From Candidatus Heimdallarchaeota archaeon (lineage in GTDB: Archaea > Asgardarchaeota > Heimdallarchaeia > Heimdallarchaeales > Heimdallarchaeaceae), in assembly GCA_021399395.1 (NCBI GenBank), contig JAAFKJ010000133.1, positions 1-17,391 of the forward strand: a DNA stretch of 17,391 bases, given 5' to 3'. The notes beneath the pieces are model-generated. The model was not told where the DNA came from, made no database searches, and saw only the letters and a program-made list of their open reading frames with translations. Every line of letters starts with the position of its first letter. Within the stretch, counting starts at the first letter, position 1. Made by a program: the position numbers and the translations under genes. Shown one piece after another: positions 16,778 through 17,391 of the stretch.

Positions 16778-17391
16778 ATGAGTTTGAATACTAGTGATCT
16801 TGCACTTATTCTAGCAATGGAAGAAGATCCTTTTATTACAATTACTAGTTTAGCAAACAAACTCGATTTGTCTCGACCTACTGTGAAAAAACGTATTGAA
16901 AATCTAAAAGAAGCTGGAATGTTATCGAAACCAATTGCCCTGTACAATCCTGAAAAAATCGGTTTAGAAAGGAAACATGTCTTTGCATCAGTCTCTAACA
17001 AAGAATCCTTAGATATAATGGAGAAAGCATGTGATGAGCACCCATATACAAAGTATAGAGCAAGAACCTTTGGAGGAGGATTTGGGATTTACATGCAGTA
17101 CGAAATTCCTCCGCAGACATTTAAAATGTTAAAAGAGTTTCTAACAACACTGGGGGATGCAGGAATAATAAAAGATTATCATGTCTTTGAAAGTACTGGA
17201 TTAAGAACTGTAACATATCCAGATCTGAATAAATTCGATTCAGGAAATCTGACATGGGATTTTTCCTGGGAAAATTGGTTTAAATCTCTCAAGAACTATA
17301 CTTATTCTGTAAAACAAAATATAAAGGTTAAGAGAGATTTTTCAACTTACAAACCAATCCATTTCAGTATTTTAAGAGAACTTACAACAGA
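16778..17391 (+). CDS. Lrp/AsnC-like winged-helix regulator, extended form, 3'-truncated (not in ORF track)
   Basis: GAGGT SD, then ATG 16778: MSLNTSDLALILAMEEDPFITITSLANKLDLSRPTVKKRIENLKEAGML...NPEKIGL. Open to the window end, where a second HTH-like start (FSILRELT) appears. Confidence 0.9.
   Translation, partial: MSLNTSDLALILAMEEDPFITITSLANKLDLSRPTVKKRIENLKEAGMLSKPIALYNPEKIGLERKHVFASVSNKESLDIMEKACDEHPYTKYRARTFGGGFGIYMQYEIPPQTFKMLKEFLTTLGDAGIIKDYHVFESTGLRTVTYPDLNKFDSGNLTWDFSWENWFKSLKNYTYSVKQNIKVKRDFSTYKPIHFSILRELTT

Noticed and set aside
360-17001. Short opposite-strand or alternate-frame ORFs (360, 1191, 3052, 4916, 6383, 8399, 8818, 10369, 11121, 11366, 11601, 13407, 13518, 14183, 14938, 16666)
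   Set aside because: They overlap better-supported genes or promoter regions and show no motifs.

Overview
AT-rich archaeal chromosomal window. Archaeal origin is inferred from TATA-like boxes about 25 nt ahead of several start codons and GGTGA/GAGGT Shine-Dalgarno motifs on others. The gene mix suggests an Asgard (Heimdallarchaeia-like) genome, which is an inference only. Recognisable genes: a partial polytopic membrane protein, two DegV proteins, an HD-domain protein, an SDR, a GH127, a ParB-family protein with no adjacent ParA, a SAM methyltransferase, a coiled-coil plus wHTH protein, a SagB-type nitroreductase, two atypical ArsR-like wHTH regulators, a secreted protein with an Asp/Glu/Tyr repeat, and a partial Lrp/AsnC-like regulator absent from the ORF track. 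There are five paralog pairs, one with a frameshifted copy. The top observation is a structured, GC-enriched intergenic element (about 15317-15462, minus strand). It has a TATA box, three hairpins, H/ACA-like boxes and three-block complementarity to the conserved 16S rRNA h28/h44 region. Next is a divergent module of two 87-aa proteins and two wHTH proteins with three phased TTCT-N9-AGAA sites. No rRNA, tRNA, CRISPR array or transposase was seen.
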